A DNA stretch of 64,000 bases from contig CAWHAE010000019.1 in assembly GCA_963827235.1 (NCBI GenBank), positions 32,001 to 96,000 of the forward strand. Direction: 5' to 3'. The position numbers were made by a program, and so were the translations under genes. Each line of letters opens with the position of its first letter. Positions within the stretch are counted from its first letter, which is position 1. A model generated the notes under the pieces. It was not told where the DNA came from and did no database searches. It was given only the letters and a program-made list of their open reading frames with translations. This stretch comes from an uncultured bacterium. GTDB taxonomy: Bacteria > Chloroflexota > UBA5177 > JANWHV01. Below, piece after piece: positions 27,846-38,412 of the stretch.

Positions 27846-28796
27846 ATGCTCGGGGCTCCTTGCGAGCAGCGAGCGAATGAGAAGATGGACAGCGAACAAG
27901 ACAATGCTCAGAGCAGTTCCACCGTGTTCCCGATCGGGGCGGTCGCGCGCCTCACGGGAGTGCCTGAGATGACCCTGCGGAACTGGGAGAAGCGCTATGG
28001 TGCGCCCCAGCCCAGCCACGTAGGACCGGGTGGCCGGCGTCTGTACTCCGGCGATGACATTGCCCTGGTCCGCTATCTCGCCCAGCTTGTAGCGAGCGGC
28101 ACGCCGATTCGCAGGGCGGTAGCCATGGCCATGAACAATCAGCAGGACCCCTTCCGCCTGGTACAGTCTCTGCTCATCGCCGCGCAGGCGTTGGATGCGG
28201 GCGGCATAGGGCGGAGCCTCGCCGCGGCGACCGCGGCGCTCCCTCCGGCCGAGGCCTGGTCCCGCGTGCTCGCGCCGGTTCTGCGCGGGCTGGGCGATCT
28301 CTGGGAGGCCGGTGAGGAGATCATTGCCGCGGAACACCTGGTCAGCAGCGCCATCGCAGCGTGGCTGCGGCCGGTGATCGCGGGCGTGCCGAGCGGTGCG
28401 GAGATACCGGCGGCTGCAGCTTGCGGACCGGGTGAGCAGCATGAGCTGGGCACAATGGCCCTGGTGGCGCTGGCGTCGATACGCGGCACGCCGATAGTCT
28501 ACCTTGGCGCCAATACGCCTCAGGCAGCTCTGGACGACGAGCGGCGCCGCATGGGCCTGCGCGTACTCTGCATCACTGCCACCCAGCCGGACACGGCCGA
28601 TCGCGTCGTCGATGTCATTGAGATCCTTGCCAGTCATCCGGTTGAGACGGCTCTGGCCTATGGGGGACCGGGATTCGAGGGGCGCAGGGACGTACACGAG
28701 CGTCTGGCGGGACTCGCCGTCTATCTCGGCGTGACGATCGACGATGCGATCGCGCGCATCGAGGAGTTGTGTGCCCAGGCGGAAGGCCTTGCCTGA
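27846..28796 (+). CDS. carH: MerR-family cobalamin-dependent photoreceptor/regulator (CarH/LitR)
   Basis: MerR HTH (IGAVARLTGV...LRNWEKRYG, GRRLYS), W-x9-EH (WEAGEEIIAAEH), B12 motif EQHELG, YLGANTP; crt context. Start may be 27885. Confidence 0.9.
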   Translation: MLGAPCEQRANEKMDSEQDNAQSSSTVFPIGAVARLTGVPEMTLRNWEKRYGAPQPSHVGPGGRRLYSGDDIALVRYLAQLVASGTPIRRAVAMAMNNQQDPFRLVQSLLIAAQALDAGGIGRSLAAATAALPPAEAWSRVLAPVLRGLGDLWEAGEEIIAAEHLVSSAIAAWLRPVIAGVPSGAEIPAAAACGPGEQHELGTMALVALASIRGTPIVYLGANTPQAALDDERRRMGLRVLCITATQPDTADRVVDVIEILASHPVETALAYGGPGFEGRRDVHERLAGLAVYLGVTIDDAIARIEELCAQAEGLA

Positions 28797-28890
28797 AGCT
28801 CTGGGCTAGCCCTAAGCGTCACGTTGCACAACGAGGAATACTGGCAACGGTTATGGCCACTGCGGCGGCAGAAATGGAGTTGGCGTCGAC

Positions 28891-29862
28891 ATGAATGGGA
28901 TTGGATATCACGAACGGATGCTGGCACATGCCGACGCGCATTGCGCACGCATCATTGCTGGGAAAGCACGCACCTTCTCGCTTGCCTCGCGCTTCCTCCC
29001 AGCTGAGAGACGCCGCGATGTGTATGCGCTGTACGCGTTTTGCCGCACTATCGACGACATTGCCGACGTCCCGGGAGACGGCGCGTCGTTCGCCTCTATA
29101 CGGCTCAAGCTGGACGGTTGGCGAGCCTGGCTGCAGACGGGAGCGCCGTTTGAAGACGATCCCGTTCGGTACGCGCTGGCACACGTCGTGCGCAGATGCG
29201 CGCTGCCACTGTGGCCGCTTCTGGAGCTGCTTGACGGAGTGTACGACGACGTCGAGCCCCGCCATCTCCCCGATCTGCCCTCCCTTGACCACTACTGTTA
29301 TCGCGTCGCCGGCACAGTCGGCATCGCCATGGCCACCTTGCTGGGTGCCCAAGATGCAGCCGCCCTCGGCCCGGCGCGAGATCTCGGCATGGCCATGCAG
29401 CTCACCAACATCGTACGCGACGTCGGTGAAGATCTCGCGCGGGGTCGCATCTATGTCCCCGCGGAGGCCATGGCTCGGTGTGGCTATGGGCAAGCCGATC
29501 TTGAGCGCGGCATCATCGACGAGCGATTCGTGGCCCTGCTTGAGCCACTCGTGCGGCGTGCTCGCGACTACTACCGCATCGGTTTGGCGGGGCTTCACTA
29601 TCTGCCACGCGACAGCCGGCTGCCGATCGCGATTGCCGCGCACGCTTACGCTGGGATTCTCACCAAGGTCGAGCGGGCCGGCTTCGACGTGCTGACGCAG
29701 CGGGTGCATACCGGGCGGCGCGAGAAGCTGGTCATAGTGACGCGGGTCGCCATGAAGCACCTCGCCACGCAGGGGTTTGCCCACAACGAGGACGAGTGGC
29801 ACGACATTGGGCGTAGCCCCTACGACCGGCCAGGAGAACCGAATTGGAAGATGTCTCTCTAG
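28891..29862 (+). CDS. crtB: Phytoene synthase
   Basis: YAFCRTIDDIAD, YCYRVAGTVG, MQLTNIVRDVGED..RGRIY.P. Confidence 0.95.
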   Translation: MNGIGYHERMLAHADAHCARIIAGKARTFSLASRFLPAERRRDVYALYAFCRTIDDIADVPGDGASFASIRLKLDGWRAWLQTGAPFEDDPVRYALAHVVRRCALPLWPLLELLDGVYDDVEPRHLPDLPSLDHYCYRVAGTVGIAMATLLGAQDAAALGPARDLGMAMQLTNIVRDVGEDLARGRIYVPAEAMARCGYGQADLERGIIDERFVALLEPLVRRARDYYRIGLAGLHYLPRDSRLPIAIAAHAYAGILTKVERAGFDVLTQRVHTGRREKLVIVTRVAMKHLATQGFAHNEDEWHDIGRSPYDRPGEPNWKMSL

Positions 29863-31316
29863 TGCTTGTCAGCGGCGCCACGGGGTACATCGGCGGCCGG
29901 TTGGTGCCCCGGCTCCTGGCAGCCGGCCATGGCGTGCGCGTCCTCGCGCGCGAGCCTGCTCGCTTGCAGGGCCGTGCATGGCGCACGCTCGTGGAGATTG
30001 CTCAGGGCGATGTGCTCGACCCCACCACGTTGCCCGCCGCACTGGCAGATGTTCACACGGCGTACTACCTGATCCACAGCATGATGGGAGGGGCGGACTT
30101 CCATGCGAAAGACCTCAGAGCTGCCCGCAACTTCGGGCGTGCTGCCCGGGCTGCCGGCGTGCAGCGGATGATCTATCTTGGCGGGCTGGGAGATCCTGAC
30201 AGTAATCTCTCCGCGCACTTACGCTCCCGCCAACAGGTTGGTGATGCCCTCCGAGAGAGCGGCATCCCCATCACCGAGTTTCGAGCCGCTGTGATCGTCG
30301 GGTCCGAGAGCGTCTCGTTCAGGATGATCCGCACGCTCACGGATCGCCTGTCGATCATGATCTGCCCTCGCTGGGTGTTCAGCCGGGTCCAGCCTATCGC
30401 CATCGATGATGTGCTGCGCTACCTGATTGCCGCGCTGAGCACGCCCGAGAGCGTCGGCAGCGTCGTCGAGATTGGTGGAACGGATGTACTGACCTACGGG
30501 GAGATGATGCTCGCGTACGCGCGCGTCCGTGGTCTCCGTCGAATTCTCGTCGCAGTGCCATTCTTGACGCCGCGCCTCTCCTCCTATTGGGTGCATTGGG
30601 TCACGCCGATTCCGGCCAGCATAGCGCGACCGCTGATCGAAGGGCTGCGCAACGAAGTGATCGTGCGGGCGGACAGCGCGCGCTCGCTCTTCCCCCAAAT
30701 CCAGCCCATGGGTTATCGCGCAGCCGTGAAGCTCGCATGCGGCCAGACCGAGACGGACAATGTAGAGACAACTTGGAGCGATGCGCTGGCCTCCAGCCCG
30801 CAAGGCGAAGCTCCTGCTAAATTGAGGCCGGACAAACGCCTGCTCATCGACCGGCGAGAGCTGGTGGTGCATGCCCCTGCCACGTTGGTGTGCCGGGAGT
30901 TCATGCGGCTGGGAGGTGCACATGGCTGGCTCTACGCCAACCGGCTGTGGCAACTGCGCGGCATGATGGACCGCGTACTGGGAGGCGTGGGGTTGCGCCG
31001 AGGTCGCCGCCACGCTGACAGGGTCTACGAGGGCGATGCCGTCGATTTCTGGCGCGTGGAAGCGATGGAACCCGAACATCTGCTCCGCCTGCGAGCGGAG
31101 ATGAAGGTGCCGGGCCGGGCCTGGCTGCAGTTCGAAGTCACTTCCCGCGGCACAGTCGAGTCGGTACTGACACAGACTGCCTCCTTCGCTCCAGCTGGTG
31201 TGCCAGGGCTTCTGTACTGGTACGCACTCCATCCCATACATCAGCGAATCTTCAGCGGGATGGCTCATGCGCTTGCTCGAGGGGACGAAGCAGCGGCGCT
31301 GGGCGCAAGGGTCTAG
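29844..31316 (+). CDS. Atypical SDR/NAD(P)H-binding protein with DUF2867 (YbjT-like)
   Basis: GATGYIG, YYLIHSM, HLRSR, QPIAIDDV, DFWRV, AEMKVPGRAWL. A GTG start at 29862 overlapping the crtB stop is also possible. Confidence 0.9.
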   Translation: MEDVSLVLVSGATGYIGGRLVPRLLAAGHGVRVLAREPARLQGRAWRTLVEIAQGDVLDPTTLPAALADVHTAYYLIHSMMGGADFHAKDLRAARNFGRAARAAGVQRMIYLGGLGDPDSNLSAHLRSRQQVGDALRESGIPITEFRAAVIVGSESVSFRMIRTLTDRLSIMICPRWVFSRVQPIAIDDVLRYLIAALSTPESVGSVVEIGGTDVLTYGEMMLAYARVRGLRRILVAVPFLTPRLSSYWVHWVTPIPASIARPLIEGLRNEVIVRADSARSLFPQIQPMGYRAAVKLACGQTETDNVETTWSDALASSPQGEAPAKLRPDKRLLIDRRELVVHAPATLVCREFMRLGGAHGWLYANRLWQLRGMMDRVLGGVGLRRGRRHADRVYEGDAVDFWRVEAMEPEHLLRLRAEMKVPGRAWLQFEVTSRGTVESVLTQTASFAPAGVPGLLYWYALHPIHQRIFSGMAHALARGDEAAALGARV

Positions 31317-31392
31317 CTGCCAGTCGGTGTGGTAGTCAAGCCGCGCCTGTGCCGGGTGTGAAGCACGGCTCTACCGGAGAGGACAACTCCCT

Positions 31393-32460
31393 TTGATCAA
31401 ACGAGCGATTGCCCTGTGGCAAGACGCGTCGCCTGAGTTGCGCCGGCGACTTGTCACGATATACTCCCTCCTCGTCGTGTGCAACGTCGGTGCATGGCTC
31501 ATCCTCGTCGGTGAAGCGCAACGGTATCCGACGCTGCTGGGCTTGGCGACGCTCGCCTACGGCTTCGGGTTGCGGCATGCGGTGGACCCCGATCACATCG
31601 CGGCAATTGACAACGTCACGCGGAAGCTGATGCAGGACGGCAAACGGCCGGTGGGCGTAGGCTTCTTCTTTTCCTTGGGCCACTCCACCGTAGTGTTCTT
31701 CCTGTCGGTCCTGGTCGCGATTTCAGCGAAACTCGTGCAGAGTCACCTGGATAACTGGAAAAGCGTTGGCAGTCAGATCGGGACGTGGGTCTCTGGGAGC
31801 TTCCTGATCGTCATCGCGATCATCAATCTGCTCGTCCTCCAGGACATCTATCGCACCTGGCGCAGAGTCGTGCGCGGCGGCACCTACGATGAGGAGACTC
31901 TGGAGGACTATCTCCAAAATCGTGGACTGCTGGCCCGTCTCTTCAAGCCGCTGCTCAAGGTGGTCCGGAGCAGTTGGAATATGTACGCCATCGGCCTGCT
32001 CTTTGGCCTTGGATTCGACACGGCGAGCGAAGTCGGACTCCTGGGCATGGCGGCGACAACGGCGCAGAGCGGCATGCCGGTGTGGTTCATCCTCGTCCTT
32101 CCCCTCCTCTTCGTCGCCGGCATGGCCGCCGTCGACACTACGGACGGTGTGCTCATGTTGGGCGCTTACGGCTGGGCGTACGTCCGGCCGGTACGCAAGC
32201 TCTACTACAATATGAACATCACGTTTGTCTCGGTACTTGTGGCCTTGGTCATTGGCGGCATCGAGGTGCTGCAGGTGGTCAGCCAGGAATCGAACCTGAG
32301 CGGCGGGCCCTGGGACTGGGCCAACGACGTGCCTTTCAGCAGCCTGGGCTTTGTCATTATCGCTATCTTTGTCGCGTGCTGGTTGACGTCGGTGATCGTC
32401 TACAAGGTCCGGCGCCTTGACCTGCTTGATCAACGAAGCACAGCGACGGGCCTCGAATAG
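31393..32460 (+). CDS. HoxN/HupN/NixA (NiCoT) nickel/cobalt permease
   Basis: GLRHAVDPDHIAAID, FFSLGHSTVV and GLGFDTASE signatures. Confidence 0.95.
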   Translation: MIKRAIALWQDASPELRRRLVTIYSLLVVCNVGAWLILVGEAQRYPTLLGLATLAYGFGLRHAVDPDHIAAIDNVTRKLMQDGKRPVGVGFFFSLGHSTVVFFLSVLVAISAKLVQSHLDNWKSVGSQIGTWVSGSFLIVIAIINLLVLQDIYRTWRRVVRGGTYDEETLEDYLQNRGLLARLFKPLLKVVRSSWNMYAIGLLFGLGFDTASEVGLLGMAATTAQSGMPVWFILVLPLLFVAGMAAVDTTDGVLMLGAYGWAYVRPVRKLYYNMNITFVSVLVALVIGGIEVLQVVSQESNLSGGPWDWANDVPFSSLGFVIIAIFVACWLTSVIVYKVRRLDLLDQRSTATGLE

Positions 32461-32802
32461 CTCACCCTTGCGGTGCCAGCACGGCGCGAGCCGCGGCGTC
32501 GCCGCTCGACGGGACGCCCTCAATGCTGCTGGATGCATGAAGTTCCCGAGAGCCATGCCATTGGCATGTGCTTCGGCAATCCCTGAGCGGCGTTGTCCAG
32601 GTGTTCAAGAGTTGTGCCGATGGCCGCCTTGGCCGCTTCAGGATGCTCCCGGCGCAAGGTCCAGCCCACCTCGCAGACAAAGCCTTCGTCCGTGGCTGCC
32701 ACGACGGCTGAATCGGGATCTTCTTAGCATTGGCCGAGTGTACCGCGTTACCTGCAGCGTGCGAGATCGCCGCAAACGCGCAGTTACGGCAACCCACAGC
32801 AC

Positions 32803-33183
32803 TCAGAGGCAGGCTACGGCGCACCCATCGCACGACCGGTCCTCCGCGGCCGCCTCGCTCGCCGTGACACGAGCATGCAAGGCCAGCAGACGACGCACGG
32901 CCTGAAATGCCAGCCTCGCTTGCTGTGGGGTAGCGGCACAGCCCCGAATGTCCGGCGGCAACCTGCCAGCAAGGAAATAGAGATGGTCCTGAGAGAGATC
33001 AAGTAGCCGAGCGAGCGATTCGATGGCTGGGTCGGAAAGATACGCGGAGCGATCGTGTTCTAGCTCGTCTATCTGTTGGCTTGTGACGCCGATTTGTGCG
33101 GCGACGTAGTCTTGGCTATACTCTAGCTCCGCGCGCGCCGCTTGAAGCGCGTTACCGAGGCTGATCTGTGACATGTCACTCAT
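32803..33183 (-). CDS. XRE-family HTH regulator
   Basis: LGNALQAAR...SQDYVAAQIGVTSQQIDELE...LYFLAGRLPPD. Confidence 0.8.
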   Translation of the reverse strand: MSDMSQISLGNALQAARAELEYSQDYVAAQIGVTSQQIDELEHDRSAYLSDPAIESLARLLDLSQDHLYFLAGRLPPDIRGCAATPQQARLAFQAVRRLLALHARVTASEAAAEDRSCDGCAVACL

Positions 33184-33567
33184 TACGCTCGTGTTTCCCG
33201 ACACGCCCCACACGACTGGCGATATCGATCAACGTCAATTGTAGCAGCCCGAACAGTAGCCGGCAGTAGGACGTTCGCCCGGGGATGGCGACAACCTACG
33301 GATCGGCCGCCGGGCAGCCGGCGCAGCAGCGGCCTAGACCCGACTCGGCATGATTGCGAACGTGCACCTGCAGCATCGTGAGCTCACGGCGCCTATCGGA
33401 AGGGCGGTGCCCATCTGCCGGCTGGAGAAGATCTACCGCGAGGCGCTGGGACGGCGCTGGCAGGCCCCAGCCGGGCCAGTTCTGACGTCGCGCTTGACAA
33501 GGCGCTGGAGCGATAGATAGTAGAGGTGGGCTGGGAGATAGCCGGCCTACCACCGTGGCGGGAGAGG

Positions 33568-34503
33568 ATGACCATGACGGATGAGCCGGGCACCCAGGCG
33601 GCGGCACTGGTCTCTGCACGCGTCGGCGAGATGGGCGAGGATGTGCGACGGCTCCTCGACAACGGGACCAGTTACTTCAAGTCCTCCACGCGCAAGCTGC
33701 CGACCTTCTGCCACGGCTGCTTCGTCGGCTTACTGGCGACTGGCACGGACAAGGCCGAGATCGAGACCTACCAGCCCATGGATTTCCGCGACTGGGACGA
33801 CAACGCACCCCGCACCTGTGGCCGCTGCGGCAAGGTGCTCCGCGAGGTGTTCCGCAACGTGGATCTGCGGTGGTGCCTGTGGACCCCCCATGAGGAAGAC
33901 TGGCGTGCGCGTGCCTACGGCGAGATCTGGGATGCCATGCGCAAGGCCCACGCGGGCGAGATCGGCTCCTGCCTCGTCTACTCGTCGCCGAAGAAGCAGG
34001 CGATCCGCTTCGCGACGGTGGTCGTGACCAAGGGCGCCGCCCGCGCGGAGTTGTCCGCCGAGTTTGACGACGGCTCCTCGACCGCAGTCGGCGGTGAGGC
34101 CGGCGACATTGTGGATGACGACTTCCAGTCGGTCATGGATTGGATCGACCGGCTAGAGGAGGAGCTGATCGAGAAGGAAGAGCACCACGGCGAGTTCTAT
34201 TACGACGGAGAGGCCAAGCACGACGCGGCCTGGGAGGCCATGGTCAAGCCCTTCCATCTGGTCTTCCGGCCCCTCGGTGACGAGCGAAGTGACGAGCTTG
34301 GCGTTTACCAGACGCGGCACGAGGCGGTCCTCGCGATCTATTACGCGGCCGACGATGCTACCCAGGCCGGCCACCTATTCATCTACACCGGGGCAGATCC
34401 GAAGCACTGCCGGCCATTGATGCATTTTCGGCTGCGCGGCGGCACTTGGGGCTACAAGATCATCCACCCGGACACCGCGGATCAAGATCTGGACGAGGAG
34501 TGA
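33568..34503 (+). CDS. Hypothetical acidic protein with two CxxC pairs
   Basis: Clean GC3-biased ORF, GGAGAGG RBS, FCHGC...TCGRCG; no family recognised. Confidence 0.75.
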   Translation: MTMTDEPGTQAAALVSARVGEMGEDVRRLLDNGTSYFKSSTRKLPTFCHGCFVGLLATGTDKAEIETYQPMDFRDWDDNAPRTCGRCGKVLREVFRNVDLRWCLWTPHEEDWRARAYGEIWDAMRKAHAGEIGSCLVYSSPKKQAIRFATVVVTKGAARAELSAEFDDGSSTAVGGEAGDIVDDDFQSVMDWIDRLEEELIEKEEHHGEFYYDGEAKHDAAWEAMVKPFHLVFRPLGDERSDELGVYQTRHEAVLAIYYAADDATQAGHLFIYTGADPKHCRPLMHFRLRGGTWGYKIIHPDTADQDLDEE

Positions 34504-34644
34504 GCCTGGAGCTGGATGGACGCGCGGCTGCGAGGCGGTGTGGCCTATCCATCGTCGCTAACCACTATGTCGCTGTGCAGACAAGGCCAATCGCGCAGAG
34601 TCGTCGTGTGGCGACTCGCCCTGGTTGGACGTCGTTGCTCCAGT

Positions 34645-35112
34645 CTAGGGGCGAGCCGCACGGCTCCTTGCCGGCTCCCGGTCCCGCAGCATTGCCACGG
34701 CCTGCTCAATTCGCCGTATGCGCGTCTCGGGCTTCTTCGCGCTCTCGATTGCGAGCACGTGCTCCCGCTTGTGGCTGTAAGCCAGGCGGTCGTAGGCTGC
34801 GCGGGCGACCGCGTCGGCGTCTAGGGCACGCGCGAAGTCCGCGGGCTCGACCACGACAGGAGGCTCGGCATCAAGTTCCACGTCGACCTCGACCTGGTCG
34901 CCGGTCACGACGCCGGCGGCTTGCCGGTTGGCGTTGCTGAGGCCGAGCAGGCAGCGGCCACGCATAATGGCGACCCTGCTCTTCCAAGAATGCCCGTTAA
35001 TCGTAATGATCACCCGCGGCCTCCTGCCACCACCGAGCGCCTCTACGACCTCTTGGGGAACCTCCAAGCCCTTCATGGGCTCCGGAGCCTCGACGTAGGT
35101 TTGAAACTTCAT
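34645..35112 (-). CDS. YdeI/OmpD-associated family protein (DUF1905 + OmdA)
   Basis: LEVP.EVVEALG.G.RPRV, LAYSHKREHVLAIESAKKPETRIRRI. Confidence 0.9.
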   Translation of the reverse strand: MKFQTYVEAPEPMKGLEVPQEVVEALGGGRRPRVIITINGHSWKSRVAIMRGRCLLGLSNANRQAAGVVTGDQVEVDVELDAEPPVVVEPADFARALDADAVARAAYDRLAYSHKREHVLAIESAKKPETRIRRIEQAVAMLRDREPARSRAARP

Positions 35113-35974
35113 AATCGGCTCCCGCCATCTTGCCGGCTCGCTGGGGGTCCAGCCGACCCTCTTCCTCGAGTGCCGGTCCCACCTTCTCCACCTGGCCTGC
35201 CGCCGCCATGCCCAGGATGGCTGCGTTAACGGTGATCATACCGACGACGCTGGCGCCCACACAGCGTCAGCATGGCTCCATCCTCTATCGTGTGTTCATC
35301 TCAGCCTGCGCTCTGCAGCTCGAAGGCGTCCTGGCGTAGGCGATTCGGCTCAAGCCGCGAGATACGTTGCCCACGCCGGGCGTAACCGCCGAGCACTGGC
35401 AGCCAGAGCTTGATCTGCTATATCACCCTGAGCCTGACCAAGGGCGTGCCCAAGGGCATCACGGGCGTGCGCCTGCACGGTCCCGCCGCGCTGTTCACCA
35501 CCCGGCGCACGGCGGCGCTGCACGTGGCCGTCGGCAAAGGCGTGGCTCCCAAGACCTACTTGGAGGCATGCACATACCACGGCACGTGCCTGGATTGCGT
35601 GCTGACCCATCGCGGACACCAGAACCACCTGCCGGCGTGATTTCACGACATCGTGAATTGGCGGATCGTTGCCCTGGCCGCCCTCACGGAGTGCCGCATG
35701 CTTGCAGCGCAACCCGAGCACGTGCGGAAGGTGCCGGTGAAGAAGCCGGCTCCGGCGGAGTAGCAGGCTTGGTGCGCCGTCGTTCGCTGATATCCCGCCT
35801 CCGCTTTACGTGGGCCGGTATGTGGATCATGTGTAGTTCCTTGTATCGGCAGCGGCGAAGATAGAGGAAGGACGGCCATGTGAGGTGCATCGGGTTGCCG
35901 GGCGATTGGCGCTGGGGTCGCCACTGTCTCAGGCCGCACGCCAGCCTCTTCGGCCGCCATGCCGGCAGGCAAGA

Positions 35975-37297
35975 ATGCTCGTCGTCGTATCCATCCAGAG
36001 GAGGACCTTGGTAATGCTTGCGGTAGCCAGTGCACTTCGTTGCGCCTGCCGGCCACTTGGTGTGGCCGCGCTGGTCTTTTCATTCAACGCCCTGCCTGTT
36101 CAGAGTCGCGACCATCTCGTGGCCCAGGCGGCCGGAGTAGCCTGCACCCTGCCTCTCGTCCACGACCATTACGACGGGTTTCACATCGGGGTGCCGGCCG
36201 GTTGGCAGCTGACCAGCTTCAATGACACCATCGCGGTGACTCGGGGCACGTCGGACGTCGAGATGGCCGTCGTGTACCCCGCACTGCCCACCAAGGGTCT
36301 GACGCCGATGAGCTTCTTCGCGGCGTACAGTCGCGTGCTCGAGAACAGTGCGGCGGCCGCCGGCAATGCGCTGCTATTTCACCTGACCAGCGCGGCCGGC
36401 CAACTACCTGCTGCCACCGTCACCGGGCGAGTCGGTCGGACTGCTGTGCAGGGTCACGCGTCCGTCATGCTGCTGCGCGACCGGACTGCGCTCGCGTCGC
36501 AGCTGCTCGTGTACGCCGCCTACTGGTTGCCAGCGTCGCGAGCGGCTGCCGATGGACCGTTGCTTGCCGGTGTTGGCCGCTGCTACGGGCCTGAGCCCGG
36601 GACGCTCTACCAGGTGTTCCAGGATCAGGTGTTTGCCTTCGCTCTCCCGGTAGGCTGGCAGGTCGCGGACGAAGGGCAGGACAGCATCGATCTCGTGGGC
36701 GACTCAGGCAGATCCCTGGTCAGCTATGTGCTCACCCTGCTGCCTACTAGTGAGACGGGCACGACGGCTCGCTCGCTGCTCGAGGCGATGTTCAGGGTGC
36801 TGCACATACAGATCACCGCGTTCCTCTCGTCGTCCAGGACCGCGCCGCAGCAGGGTGCAGCGGGAGCGCTGAACAGCACCGAGGAAGATGAGTTCACCGG
36901 CACCTACCAGGGCCAGGCGGTGCAGGGACTGGCTATCGTGACGAGCAGCGCCGGCGCGGCCGAGACCGGCGGGGTGCTCCGCCTGGGTTTGGCCCGGGCC
37001 GACCAGTGGAACGCGGAGAACAGCGGACTGGTCAAGGTGATGACGAGCGTCCGGCACAGCCTGGCGCAAGACGTCCAGCAATGGCAGCACCTTACCCAGC
37101 AATGGCAACAGTTTGATCAGGTCACGCAGCAGTTCGACGATACCCTCAACGGCGTGGAGGAGGTGCAGGATCCGACGACCGGGAAGCTCTACGCGGCGCC
37201 GTATGACCGGTACGATGTGAATGGTCCGGACGGTCCGGGCTACTATATCGACGACGGCGGCTTCCAGCAGCGGCTGCAACCGGTCAGCGCCGGATAG
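35975..37297 (+). CDS. Secreted hypothetical protein with two internal repeats
   Basis: Signal-like N-terminus; FHIGVPAGWQ / FAFALPVGWQ repeat; Gln-rich helix and DPTTG tail. Start uncertain. Confidence 0.75.
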   Translation: MLVVVSIQRRTLVMLAVASALRCACRPLGVAALVFSFNALPVQSRDHLVAQAAGVACTLPLVHDHYDGFHIGVPAGWQLTSFNDTIAVTRGTSDVEMAVVYPALPTKGLTPMSFFAAYSRVLENSAAAAGNALLFHLTSAAGQLPAATVTGRVGRTAVQGHASVMLLRDRTALASQLLVYAAYWLPASRAAADGPLLAGVGRCYGPEPGTLYQVFQDQVFAFALPVGWQVADEGQDSIDLVGDSGRSLVSYVLTLLPTSETGTTARSLLEAMFRVLHIQITAFLSSSRTAPQQGAAGALNSTEEDEFTGTYQGQAVQGLAIVTSSAGAAETGGVLRLGLARADQWNAENSGLVKVMTSVRHSLAQDVQQWQHLTQQWQQFDQVTQQFDDTLNGVEEVQDPTTGKLYAAPYDRYDVNGPDGPGYYIDDGGFQQRLQPVSAG

Positions 37298-38412
37298 GCC
37301 CTGCGAGCCGGGGCCACGTCGAGACGGAGGCGATGCGAAGCCGCATTCATCGCCGAGCGGTCATCCCGCACGCACGCATCGACAGCCGCGCCGGGGTCGA
37401 GCACGGCGCGCTCTCGAAGCCTCCCATGGGAATGTGAACTTCTGACGCGGCGGTCGGCATTGGCGAGCATCGCACTCGGAGTATCCCAAGCACCGGCTCC
37501 TTGCCGCTTGGCCAAGCGGCAGTTCGGCGATGGAGTACTCGTACGGCTGTCGAGCGGGCCGCCAGTATGAGCAGGCGCCCATAATCGTACCCACACCGTT
37601 CTTTTTCGACCGTCGTAGTTCCTTTTTCGACCACCCTTGCAGTTGGGCGCGCCGACTTCGTCACATTCTAGGATATATACGTCCGCTTCGGCATTGTATA
37701 TACTAGGGGCGGCTGGTTGTCGTGGGCTCTACAGCAGAAGGGAGCTTCCTAAGAACAACCGACCTTGATCTGTTGGGCACGATTCGGGTAGCGTAGAGCG
37801 AGTTTTCCCAAGTCGGCACGTCAACACGCAGCGCCCCACAGCTGCGGTCAGGCCTGGGCGAGCCGACGCAGATTACCGACTGAACAACTGAGCACACGGC
37901 CATGCTTGGTTGTGACTGCTGCACTGCTCGCGGAGTGCCTCCGAGCGACAGAGACAATCGGATGACCGCACGCATGCTTGTACGACGCAGCGTGACCCGG
38001 CACAAGGTAACCCTCCTCTGCAGCCATCGTGGCACTTGCTGGCCGCAGGTAGCACGCCGGTCCACGCAGTTGCAAGCACGCGGTCTTAGCAGTTCCGGCG
38101 CGTGCGGATCCGGTTGTTATCTCATGAGCTCCCGGTGTTGAGCGTCCAAAGCAGGCGGCCTGTCGATCCTGCGCTGCGCTCCGGACAGCGGTTCCGATGC
38201 TTGTTGCTGGCAGCCCAAAGCGAGCGACACGAAGGAGGCGGTCTGCCTCGTAACACGTTGTATCGGTGCTGCAGCCTTCTCTAGCAAGCGCGCGAGTGTG
38301 GATCATCTGGCGTCTGGTCGCCAAGGGCCGCGGCACTCGGTGGAGCACCGCGGGTTCGCCCGAAAGTCGCGGGAAAGTGTGCGTTGATGCGTTGCCGGTG
38401 GGGGACTCTGCT

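Noticed and set aside
31317-31392. Cobalamin or NiCo riboswitch before the NiCoT gene
   Set aside because: The 76-bp gap lacks a B12 box or recognisable four-way junction.
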